The notes under the pieces: generated by a model | What the model was told of the DNA's origin: nothing | The model's database searches: none | What the model saw: only the letters and a program-made list of their open reading frames with translations | In this document: one piece after another, positions 1 through 10,000 of the stretch | How the letters are laid out: each line of letters begins with the position of its first letter | Position numbering within the stretch: the stretch's first letter is position 1 | IMG/VR virus record: IMGVR_UViG_3300028591_000175 | Location: 1-64,000 of that record | DNA length: 64,000 nt | Source of the DNA: a virus | Taxonomy: Duplodnaviria; Caudoviricetes | Strand: one strand, 5' to 3' | Position numbers and translations under genes: made by a program

Positions 1-1
1 A

Positions 2-331
2 TTACCAGATAAATATAAATATATTCTAATGGTTAATACATATTGTGATTATACTTGTAATTTTATGAGACATTGGAAAGAAGACCCTACCTATATTTGT
101 CCTCGTATGAAAAATGGCTTCAAAAATACAACTTATATACAACCTAAAGATTTAGATATGTTTGACAAATATATTTCAATTTATAAATTACAAGGACGTG
201 AATATCCAACAGAACAAATAGAAACTGAAATCCTTGAATTTATTTTTCAAAATCCAAAATACGCATTTCAAAATGACATATTAAAAACACCAGATTATTA
301 TAATCGTGGTAAATTTTATAAAGGAGGTTAA
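2..331 (+). CDS. 3' part of a hypothetical protein (frame open from window start)
   Basis: Frame of ORF 29..331 has no stop back to position 2; ends just before the AGGAGG RBS of the next gene. Confidence 0.7.
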   Translation, partial: LPDKYKYILMVNTYCDYTCNFMRHWKEDPTYICPRMKNGFKNTTYIQPKDLDMFDKYISIYKLQGREYPTEQIETEILEFIFQNPKYAFQNDILKTPDYYNRGKFYKGG

Positions 332-333
332 AA

Positions 334-3057
334 ATGGCTAGAATAAATAATTTAAGTAATTTTTTAACAGATGTGGCAACAGCGATTAAAAATAAAAAAG
401 GCTCTGAAACACCGATACCGGCAGCAAATTTTGACACAGAGATTACAAATTTACCTAGTCAAGGTGTATATCAACACAAAACAGCTACAGTAGCTGAAAA
501 TGGTACAATAACAATTTTACCAGATACAGGATATGACGCAATCGACCAATTAGATATAACTGTGAATATACCATTGCAACAAAAAACTTATACTTTTACA
601 CAAAATACAACTACTACAATCATACCTGAACAGGGCTACGCTGGATTTAGTCAAGTAGGCTTAGAAATAAATGTACCAAGCAGTCAAATAAATAACCAAG
701 ATAAAACAGTAACTCAAAATGGAACATATACAGCTGATACTGGTTATACTGGTTTAGGTACTGTAATAGTTAACGTACCAAATAACACACCTATAAAATT
801 ATACAATAGTAAAGAAGAAATGATAGCTGATACGACTGAACCAGAAAACGAATATGGCGTAGTTTATTCTCAACAGTTACAACCTATCGCAGAAGGTATG
901 AAAATATCTACTATTTATGTACCATCATCATTTACTTTGACCGAACCTGTTACATCTAGTATATGGCTTGATATGAGGTCAGATGATTATAGTGTAGATA
1001 TATCATTAAATGGTTCTGGTAACAACTTATCCTGCTATTTGCGTGTGCCAGGTAGTCATAATAATATTCGTTGGGTATCGACAGATGGATTGAATTTTAC
1101 ATTAGATTCTGCTGATGATTCGAGCGTGTTAGACACATCATTGGATTTAGGTACAACGCTTACGTGTTTTTCTGAATTTGGTGATTGGCCAATAACAGCG
1201 AATGAAATTTTTAAGACCGGTGGAATGTATTTTGAAGGTATGTACGAGTGGAAAAACGAAAAAGATAATGAATGGTTTGATATTTGCACAGGATTTGAAA
1301 GAAATGACAGTACAAAGGTTATTAGTACGACAAATGTGGAAACATATTTACCAGAATTAACTTTATTTATGGACGAATTTAGACATCACGTAGACTATTT
1401 ACGTGGAATTATTGTTAAGTCCGGTGATAATTACTATTGGCAAGAGATAAGTGGTGCTAATCGTATATATTTTGACGTTTCAACTAATAAATATTACATT
1501 GGAGGTGCGTGGGCTAGCACTAGTTCAACACCTACATATAAAATTTATAGTTTAGATTTAGAGAATTATACATTTACACTATTAGATACCCGTAATTATG
1601 AATTTGCAGCACCAACAACTAGTTCATATAGATATTATTCTGCTGAAATTTATAGCAATGGTGATATTGTATATAATTATGACACCGTTGAGAGTGATGT
1701 TATATCTTTTATAAAAGTTGAAGGGTCTACTACAACTAACGGTTATGACACAAGTAATGTATATTTTGGTCATATTGTATTTTTAACTTGGCACCACGTA
1801 CATACAGAATTTGACTTAGAGTTTCCTCATCAATTACCAGAAGGAGTTACTGCGTTAGGAAAATATGGTCCTGTGATTGGTGACGGAAGTATATACGACC
1901 ATTTAGATTTAGTTTCATATATCACAAGTAAAAATGATACATTTGCGCCTATATGTGCGGATATGAATTTTACTGGAAAAGGATTGAATATAGAAACGTT
2001 ACCGACTGAACATTCAATAAGTTGTGGTATAAGTATATATAACACATTAAATTTGGAAGGTTTAAGCGAGGCCGCTTCATACAATGGAGGTTGTACTGGT
2101 ACACAAAATTATTTTTTGTATTGGTTTAATAATGACGCACCATATAATATAACGATATATAATCTTAAAGGAGAAATTGTGTTTGAAGATAATCCTTTTG
2201 GATTTACAGATAGACCTAGTGGATTAAGATTTGCAGAAAACCCAAATAATATAAATGATATTATTGCTATGTATGGTACAAAATTATGTCATATAAATAC
2301 TAATACTGGGATATATACAGAACCGATAGATATTGGAATGTCTTGCACTGAATTGAGATATGATATAAATGACAATGGAAGATTTTATGCGATATATATA
2401 CCTTATGGTAGTGCAGGATTAAAAATATATGATAGTTCTACTAACAGTATATACACGTATAGTTGTCGTTTTGGTTATAACGACGGCGCAAATGTGTATC
2501 AAGATGACGACTATGTATATACTACAGCTTCAGCAGGAGAAAAATCAGGCTCAAGTGTGGGTGTGAGACATTGCGTATATAATAAATCTACACATCAAAT
2601 ATCAATATTATTTGAAGATAGTACCAATAAAATGCCATTATTATATGATATGTATAACAATAATGTGTATTTTCACAATACATCTAATAATAAGATATAT
2701 TCTGTTTCTGGTACAACTATGACTGAATTTAGTAGTAACACAAGCGGAATAGCTTTTAATACATATAATTGTTTATGTTGTGTATACAACAATAAGATGT
2801 TTATACTTTATGGTAATAAATTATATGATACTGCAACAGGTACATATATGAACATAGTAACTAATTATAACAGAACTACGTACAATGGTATTGGTGTATT
2901 AGATACTGCTTGGACAATATCTTCTAGTGCTGTAAAAAGATTTGTATTTAAGCCTATGTACGATATTATTGCTAACACATCTAATAATTTTATATTAGAT
3001 TTTAATAGTAATAATGGTGGAACATTCCACGACGGTATAATTATTTATAATGGGTGA
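334..3057 (+). CDS. Fibre-like or receptor-binding structural protein (907 aa) located in the head module
   Basis: N-terminal LTDVATAIKNKKG...IPAANF module, three T..NGT....DTGY...V.VNVP repeats, beta-rich Y/N/T/S C-terminus; AGGAGG RBS. Confidence 0.6.
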   Translation: MARINNLSNFLTDVATAIKNKKGSETPIPAANFDTEITNLPSQGVYQHKTATVAENGTITILPDTGYDAIDQLDITVNIPLQQKTYTFTQNTTTTIIPEQGYAGFSQVGLEINVPSSQINNQDKTVTQNGTYTADTGYTGLGTVIVNVPNNTPIKLYNSKEEMIADTTEPENEYGVVYSQQLQPIAEGMKISTIYVPSSFTLTEPVTSSIWLDMRSDDYSVDISLNGSGNNLSCYLRVPGSHNNIRWVSTDGLNFTLDSADDSSVLDTSLDLGTTLTCFSEFGDWPITANEIFKTGGMYFEGMYEWKNEKDNEWFDICTGFERNDSTKVISTTNVETYLPELTLFMDEFRHHVDYLRGIIVKSGDNYYWQEISGANRIYFDVSTNKYYIGGAWASTSSTPTYKIYSLDLENYTFTLLDTRNYEFAAPTTSSYRYYSAEIYSNGDIVYNYDTVESDVISFIKVEGSTTTNGYDTSNVYFGHIVFLTWHHVHTEFDLEFPHQLPEGVTALGKYGPVIGDGSIYDHLDLVSYITSKNDTFAPICADMNFTGKGLNIETLPTEHSISCGISIYNTLNLEGLSEAASYNGGCTGTQNYFLYWFNNDAPYNITIYNLKGEIVFEDNPFGFTDRPSGLRFAENPNNINDIIAMYGTKLCHINTNTGIYTEPIDIGMSCTELRYDINDNGRFYAIYIPYGSAGLKIYDSSTNSIYTYSCRFGYNDGANVYQDDDYVYTTASAGEKSGSSVGVRHCVYNKSTHQISILFEDSTNKMPLLYDMYNNNVYFHNTSNNKIYSVSGTTMTEFSSNTSGIAFNTYNCLCCVYNNKMFILYGNKLYDTATGTYMNIVTNYNRTTYNGIGVLDTAWTISSSAVKRFVFKPMYDIIANTSNNFILDFNSNNGGTFHDGIIIYNG

Positions 3058-3121
3058 AATAGATTTTAATAATGAATATTAGGACATTTAGAAAATTTTA
3101 CAAAAAAAGTTAAAAAACGTG

Positions 3122-3150
3122 TTGACTTCTTGTTCATATTTTGTTATAAT
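3122..3150 (+). promoter_or_regulatory. Sigma-A-type promoter for the capsid/tail operon
   Basis: TTGACT-N17-TATAAT with extended -10 TG; -10 box flanked by inverted repeat TGTTCATATT/AATATGAACA. Confidence 0.8.
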
Positions 3151-3206
3151 ATGAACAGAAATAGATATGTCCTGGGGGCATACGATATTTGGTATGAAAT
3201 TCGGTC

Positions 3207-3291
3207 CAAGTTCGTAGCAAATGGGATGGGTAATATTTCTATATAACGTAACAGTTGTGTAGTTAGACCCATTCGGTTTGCTACGAACTTG
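3207..3291 (+). promoter_or_regulatory. Long RNA hairpin in the major capsid mRNA leader
   Basis: CAAGTTCGTAGCAAA/TTTGCTACGAACTTG perfect 15 bp plus inner helices with G-U pairs; followed by TTTTAGTTT. Confidence 0.7.
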
Positions 3292-3331
3292 TTTTAGTTT
3301 ATAAAAAATATAATTTAAAGGAGGATTTATT

Positions 3332-4252
3332 ATGGGCGCAGTTAATTATGCCGAAGCCTACGAAAGAGCGTTAGCACAAGCATATCCAAACGTATTAAAC
3401 TTTGGTGAATTATATAATGTAGCTAACAACAGAACATATAAGTTCGTAGACGCAAAAACAATTCATATTCCATCAATTTCTGTAACAGGTAGAAAAAATG
3501 TTAACAGAGACGCTATAGATGGAACATTCCAAAGAAACGTAGATAATGAATGGGAGACAAAAACTCTTACATTCTACAGAGAGTGGTCAACAAGTATAGA
3601 CCCAGCAGACGTTATGGATACTAATATGGTATTAACTATCCAAAACGCAACACAAGTGTTTAATGAAACACAAAAATTCCCAGAAAAAGACGCATATACA
3701 ATTTCAAAAATATATACTGACTGGGTAGCTGAAGGAAAAACAGCTGATACAACAGCTTTAACTGTTGATAATATATTAGCAGTATTTGACAAGTTAATGG
3801 AAGATATGGATGAAGCATTAGTACCTTCTCAAGGAAGATTATTATATGTTACTCCAGCCGTTAAAACATTGTTAAAACAAGCTAGCAACATAACTTTATA
3901 CAAAGACGTTGCTTCTCAAGCTAATATTAACAGAGTTGTTGACAGACTAGATGAAGTTAAGTTAATAACTGTACCTTCATTCTTAATGAAAACAGCTTAC
4001 AAATTCGAGACAGGATTTGCACCATCACCAACAGCTAAACAAATCAACATATTCTTAGTACACCCATCTGCTATCTTAACACCTAACAAATACGCATTTG
4101 TTGGTATGGAAGCTCCAGCAGCTGGAACTAAAGGTGACTATATCTATTATGAAAAAGAATACAGTGACGTATTCATATTAAATAATAGAACAGGAGCTAT
4201 TGCATTTAACATAAGTGACGGTTCTTCTCCAGCTCCAGACCCAAGTCTATAA
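3332..4252 (+). CDS. Major capsid protein
   Basis: 306 aa; AVNYAEAY, KTIHIPSI, WETKTL..YREWS.SIDPADV, ETQKFPEKDAY motifs typical of Bacillota phage capsids; precedes neck and tail genes. Confidence 0.85.
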   Translation: MGAVNYAEAYERALAQAYPNVLNFGELYNVANNRTYKFVDAKTIHIPSISVTGRKNVNRDAIDGTFQRNVDNEWETKTLTFYREWSTSIDPADVMDTNMVLTIQNATQVFNETQKFPEKDAYTISKIYTDWVAEGKTADTTALTVDNILAVFDKLMEDMDEALVPSQGRLLYVTPAVKTLLKQASNITLYKDVASQANINRVVDRLDEVKLITVPSFLMKTAYKFETGFAPSPTAKQINIFLVHPSAILTPNKYAFVGMEAPAAGTKGDYIYYEKEYSDVFILNNRTGAIAFNISDGSSPAPDPSL

Positions 4253-4280
4253 TAAATTGTAAGTAAAGGAGAAAAAGGTT

Positions 4281-4613
4281 ATGTTATTGTCAAAGTTAAC
4301 ACCGGTCGTACTTTACAACCTTAAATCTACAAGAGGTGCGGACGGTGACTTAATCGAAGAATATGAAGATATATTCCACGCTGACGGAGCTGTGCAGTAT
4401 CTTGCGTCAGATGAAATTGCTCAAAGTGCATACGGTGCTAACCTTGACAAGACATACCGTTTCAAATCTATATACAATGACTTAGAACCATTTTTATTGG
4501 AGAAGACAAACAATTCTCCAGACAACTTAACAAAGTATTTAGTTGAGTGGAAAGGAAATAAGTACGCTGTTGTGAAGGTTACTCCGTTATATATTGATAT
4601 ACAATGGAGGTGA
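4281..4613 (+). CDS. Putative head-closure / head-tail joining protein
   Basis: 110 aa, position after capsid, ends with VEWKGNKYAVVKV like SPP1 gp16-type stoppers. Confidence 0.55.
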   Translation: MLLSKLTPVVLYNLKSTRGADGDLIEEYEDIFHADGAVQYLASDEIAQSAYGANLDKTYRFKSIYNDLEPFLLEKTNNSPDNLTKYLVEWKGNKYAVVKVTPLYIDIQWR

Positions 4614-4617
4614 TTTT

Positions 4618-5253
4618 ATGGCTAGCTCACATTATAGAGATAACTTCGGTAGGTGGCAACAAAAAGTCACTGTGAATATAACTAAAAAGCTAATGAAAGA
4701 AGCCGAAGATATGAGAATAAATATTGAACAGGTTGTAGCTGACAAATTAAAAGAAACACACAAAGCGAATGTAGTTGCTTCATATTATCCAAGAGCCAGA
4801 GGCGAGCAAGAAAAGGTTGAATATAATAAAGCTAAAAAAGCAGAAGAAGCAGAGAAGAATAAAGGTAAATATGGTGAAGATAGAAAAAGATTAAGCCGTA
4901 AAACACTTTCGTATGAGCATACTGGTATTCTTGAAGGAGCCATCGACACTAAAATCGAAAAGAAAAGTAGATATGAAAGTAAAGTTAGTATTATCGTAAA
5001 ACCAGACCCATATCCTAATGACGGTCATAGAGATAAAACTATTACCGCTACACAGGTATATGAATGGTTAAGAGAAGGTACTAACGGTGGTGGAGAATAT
5101 TGGTTTAGAAATAAAGACGGAGAAAGACCGACTGCGTATAACTATCCAACGCCAGCACACTTATTTGAAATGCACACTTCGCTTCAAATGAAAGGTTTTA
5201 TTGATAGCTTAAATCTTAAAGATTATGCTAGAAAACAGAAATATAAAAAATAG
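4618..5253 (+). CDS. Putative neck / tail-completion protein
   Basis: Synteny; YEHTGIL..AI and EGT..P motifs reminiscent of HK97 gp10-like proteins; ATG at 4618 has GGAGG RBS. Confidence 0.5.
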   Translation: MASSHYRDNFGRWQQKVTVNITKKLMKEAEDMRINIEQVVADKLKETHKANVVASYYPRARGEQEKVEYNKAKKAEEAEKNKGKYGEDRKRLSRKTLSYEHTGILEGAIDTKIEKKSRYESKVSIIVKPDPYPNDGHRDKTITATQVYEWLREGTNGGGEYWFRNKDGERPTAYNYPTPAHLFEMHTSLQMKGFIDSLNLKDYARKQKYKK

Positions 5254-5265
5254 GAGGTAGGTTAA

Positions 5266-5649
5266 ATGAGATTAGTGAACAATCTTCGTGTAATGATACA
5301 AAGTAAATTAACCGAAATCGAAGGTTTGGAATCTGGTATCATTATACCTCAAGAAATGGTTGAAAAAGATAGATATTATTTTGGATATGACATTAGAACC
5401 AGTTTGAATAAAAGAGATTTATCTTATGATAATGAACAATATACTATTTCTGTAATTGGGTATTTATCTACAAAAGGTGGTACACAAAAGCAATTTGATA
5501 ATTACCTAGACGCTATATGTGAAAAATTAGGTGAATTAAGATTTAGACCTACAACACAAGATAGTCCTATTACACCAGATACAGGTTATCGTGAATGTAT
5601 GCTAACTGCATACGCGCAAGCAAATACTTTAGAAGGGACATTAAGATAG
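5266..5649 (+). CDS. Putative tail terminator protein
   Basis: 127 aa immediately before the major tail protein. Confidence 0.5.
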   Translation: MRLVNNLRVMIQSKLTEIEGLESGIIIPQEMVEKDRYYFGYDIRTSLNKRDLSYDNEQYTISVIGYLSTKGGTQKQFDNYLDAICEKLGELRFRPTTQDSPITPDTGYRECMLTAYAQANTLEGTLR

Positions 5650-5701
5650 TCCACTGAACTAAATACTTTGTTAAGGAAAATATTTTATAGGAGGTAATAT
5701 T

Positions 5702-6226
5702 ATGGATCCAGATGCAAAAATTCAAGTAGCCACACTTGGTACTGCGTTATATTTCAGTAAAGATAATGTTGGTACATTTATTGGAAACGCAGGCTCTTAT
5801 AATAAATCAGACCTAAATACAGCTTTAGGTGGATATACAAGAGTTTACGGTTTGGCTTCAACACCAGATTTTGGTGGACAACCAAATACAATAGATACAA
5901 CAACATTAGATAATACTAAAGCTGAAACATCAGTTTTAGGGTTACAACCAGCAGCAGAAGTTTCTTACGAAATCAATATGATGAGTTTCAAAGATAACGC
6001 TGGGGTTGCTCACAACCTAAGAAGTGTTAAAGAAATGGCTGACGCTGACCCTAAACAAAAAGCTCACTGGGTAGTTGTTAAAGCCTCAGGAGTAATAATT
6101 GAATATGACGCAACTTGTAGTATAAGCTATACAGCTGACGCTCAACAAGATATTGAAAAATTCAGTATCTATCACGACGTAAGAAGTGATATAAAAGTGT
6201 CATTACCAAATCAAAGTAGTCTTTAA
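5702..6226 (+). CDS. Major tail (tube) protein
   Basis: TPDFGGQPNTIDTTTLD motif typical of siphovirus tube proteins; upstream of chaperones and tape measure. Confidence 0.8.
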   Translation: MDPDAKIQVATLGTALYFSKDNVGTFIGNAGSYNKSDLNTALGGYTRVYGLASTPDFGGQPNTIDTTTLDNTKAETSVLGLQPAAEVSYEINMMSFKDNAGVAHNLRSVKEMADADPKQKAHWVVVKASGVIIEYDATCSISYTADAQQDIEKFSIYHDVRSDIKVSLPNQSSL

Positions 6227-6317
6227 TCAAATAAAACTAAACTTAGGTGGTCAGTTTAGCCAGGTCAATCTTCGGGCGTTTACACCCACCATTTTATTAA
6301 ATAGGAGGATTGAAATT

Positions 6318-6668
6318 ATGGATAATGTAGTAATTATTAAAATAGGTGGAATAGAATATGAATTCAAATTAAAGAGTTCAAGTATTCTATACTTAGAAAA
6401 AAAATTAGGAAAGAATATATTTGAAGCATTCCAAAACCCTGATTTTACAGTTATGGTAAATTTATTCTATGCCTGTGCAAGTAAGGCTTGCAAGGACAAA
6501 TACCCTGACGAAGGGGAATTATTCGACGCATTATTAGAAGAATATGGAATGCAAGAATTAGCAGAAAAATATTTACAAGAAATCGTACAAAAATCAGGAT
6601 TAGTACAAAAACAAGATATTCCAATGACACCCAGTCCAGAAATTAGCGACAAAACTTGGAATAAGTAA
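6318..6668 (+). CDS. Tail assembly chaperone (G-like)
   Basis: KIGGIEYEFKL...LEKKLGK motif; between tube and tape measure genes. Confidence 0.75.
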   Translation: MDNVVIIKIGGIEYEFKLKSSSILYLEKKLGKNIFEAFQNPDFTVMVNLFYACASKACKDKYPDEGELFDALLEEYGMQELAEKYLQEIVQKSGLVQKQDIPMTPSPEISDKTWNK

Positions 6669-7017
6669 ATGGGTTGACGATGATACAAATACGTACGACC
6701 CAATAGCAGGTTTTCACGTTGTTCACGACATATATGTTGAATTAGTAAAACAAGGTTGTGAATTACGAGATTTATATGATTATTCTTGTAAAGAATTATT
6801 GTTTATGTTGAAATATAAACGAGAAGGACTTGCTTATAAAATTTGGCGTATTGGTAGTATGAACCGAGCAGCATTCGGTGCTAAAACCTATCCGGGTAAA
6901 GTAGATGAAGCGCTACCTGAGTTGTTTGAAAAGAAACAAAATGCGCCTATGCCAGATTGGTTAAGGGAGGATTATGAAAAGAAAATCAATAAATCTGTAA
7001 AACATAGTTCTGACTAA
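6628..7017 (+). CDS. Tail assembly chaperone T-like segment, probably reached by frameshift
   Basis: Stop-free frame 6628-7017 overlapping the G gene end, in the +1 frame; no RBS-supported start. Confidence 0.65.
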   Translation, partial: HPVQKLATKLGISKWVDDDTNTYDPIAGFHVVHDIYVELVKQGCELRDLYDYSCKELLFMLKYKREGLAYKIWRIGSMNRAAFGAKTYPGKVDEALPELFEKKQNAPMPDWLREDYEKKINKSVKHSSD

Positions 7018-7059
7018 CGTTTTACAGGTTAATAAATTAGGTTGTAGGAGGTAGTAAAT

Positions 7060-10000
7060 ATGGGTGAAGAAATAGAATCTCTTTATGCGTTATTGGGTAT
7101 TAAACCCGACGAAGCCAGTGCTGCTGACGCTGTTAGTAAATTAGTTAAAGCAGTACAATCAAAACTAAAATCATCTGTTTATGGTGGTAAAGATGGAGTT
7201 ATCACACTTCCTGCAACATTAGAAGGTAAATTCAAAAACGGTAAAGAGATAAACCAAGATATAAAAGACGCTTACGCCGCCATTTACAAAACTGCAAAAG
7301 AGATGGCTGACGAAAGCGTCTCTTTGACGTTAAAAGACATAGAAAATTTTAAGGCTCAGATTGACAAGTTTGGTAAGAAAACCGCTAAGTATAAAGGTAG
7401 TGACGTTATCGCAAATGCGAATAACAATTTAAGACAAACCTTAGGCGATTATCAGGCTTTTGTGAACGACCTTAGAAAAGAAGTAAGCGTGCAACAAAAA
7501 GCACAAACAAAACAAGCCCAAAAAGCAAAAGCACAAGCTAAAGCTAAAACCAAAAAATCTAGTTATTCAGATATATCAGACGAAGAAATCAATGACGCAA
7601 TAGCAAAAGAAAATGCTAGACAAGCTAAAATAAAAGCGTGGAGAGATAAACAAGCGTCTGACATAGCCTCAAAATTAGATTATAAATCAGGCGGTATTGA
7701 CGCTGGTAAGACTAATAGTTATTCATTAAATGCGAGTGAATTTAGTGAATATGAAAGTCAATGGGCTAGAGAATTAGCGAAAACTATAAAAGAAACATAT
7801 AAAACAACCGTTGATAAACAATGGATAGATAAAGAATATAAACCTAAAACAGGTGTGAAAAGTCGAGCTACTTCAAGAGAAGAACATTTGAATTTCTTAT
7901 CTAACGCTGCGTTTGGTGATTTAGCCGATTTAATACATAAATCAGAACAAGGTGATGAAGACGTAACATTTGATAAAATAGTTGAAGCTATTGGTGTGTT
8001 AAGGACTATAATGGAAGAAAACGGTAAAGATATGGCTACCATAGCGCAAACGGTTATAAATGCGACACAAAGCAGATATGACGATAATCCAAGACGTAAA
8101 AATGCTGGTGTGAACAGAGAAGAAGGCACCGAAAAAGGTGTTGGAAAAGGACACGAGAGAACACAAGCATACCAAGCCTCAATTCAACAATTATTAAAGA
8201 AAATGCTTGGGGAAGTTGGTACTATCAAACAAAAAGAAATTGAAGCTAATAAAACTGCGGTTAAGATGACCAACGCTTATGAACAAGCAAAATCAAACGC
8301 TAAAACTTCAAAAGCCTCAGCAGATACAAAAGCACTAGCACAAGAGTTAAAAGGTGAGAAAGCTAGAGACGAAAAAAGTTATATTCAAGATGTACGTGAA
8401 AGCAGTAGAGAAGCTGTAGCGGATACTGCTGAAGGACAGAAAAATCAAGCAATGCTTGATATTGAAAAAGAAGACGTTGGTACTGGTTTCAACACAGACG
8501 CTAAAGCAGACGCGTTGATAGACGCGGTGAGACAAAAACCAAAAGGTGAAACTGAATTTCCAGCTGAACAAGTCAAAAATGTATTAGCGAATTTAGGTCA
8601 AGCAAAACAAACGGATGGAAAATGTCCTTGTCAGGCTATTCTTGAAGGTATTAGAGACGCAGTACAATCTATCAATAGTAAAATTCAAGGTAAAGTAGGA
8701 AAAGCTCCTACTAAGCACTATGTGAAGAAAAAAGGCGGAGGTAGTAGTGAAGACGGAGGAGACAATGGTGCAATTCATTTAATGTCAGAAGAAATGAAAC
8801 GTATGCCGATTGCAATACAGAAAGCGTTAGCAAAAACAGGTCCAAAAGCTATTCAAACAACTATGTCTAAAGCCTTAGTGCCAATAGCAAACACAGAAAA
8901 AACATTGAAAGACGTAATCAATGGTGTATCGAAAACTGACTTGAACAATAGACGTTTGACAGAGTTAAATGAAAAAACTGCAGCAATGGCAGAAGAACGT
9001 AATAAGAAAAAACGTCCTGCACAAGATGTCGCAAAAGACGTTATTGCGCCAGACAAAGCTCCAGATAAACAAATAACAAAAGCCTTTGCAGACGTAATAA
9101 AAAACGCATTTCCTACTGGCTCTGCTGTAGATAGAATAATGTCTGCTACCGCAGAAGAACAAGCTAGAATGCGTGCAGAGCGTATTCAAAAATATGGTTT
9201 GAATAGAGGTAGAGATTTAACAGACACCGGTGACGTAGCACAAATCAGACGTACAAAAGAATTATTTGGTTGGAACTATAAAAGTGATAAAGATAATAAA
9301 AATTTATTCCAAGACGTACAATTAACACCACACGTAGATATTGATACTGACGCAATAATGAAAAGTTTGAACAAAGTATTATCTGGCTCAGAAATGTTTA
9401 AGGCTCAAACCGGTGGTGTATGGAGAAATATATTAGGGTCAATGACTGGATATATTGGTATGCCTTCACTTGAAAAATCAAGAGCGGAAGCCGAAGGATT
9501 AAATCAAGTAATGGCTAATGTACGTAACGAAGTTATGAAGTTACTACAAGAAATCCAATCTAAAGAATTCACTTTACACGGTATGGAAGAAAGCGGAGAA
9601 GCCTCATTCACTAGCGACGGTCGTATAACAGAAGGTTCTTCTAGTGCTTCTAAAAAATTATTTGCAGACTTAGAAGAACAAAAAGGTGTGCTTCGTGGAG
9701 TATTAGCTGAAGTTGCTATGGTTGACCAAGTTGTAGGTCAAACAGGAGGAAAAGTCCACGATATAATTAAAAACTTAGGTTTTGTAATGCCTGAGTTAAT
9801 GCAGAATAACACAATATTAAAAAATATAAATGCAGGATTAGATAAGAGTGGTAAAGCTCTTAAATTCCAAACAAGAACAGCAGAAGTATTGAATTATTCA
9901 TTCCAGTTAATGGCTAGACATATAGGGCAAATGATTAAAAACTGGATTATGATGTTAAACCCATTAAGTTTAATAAAACGTGCTTTTCAAGATTTTGCAA

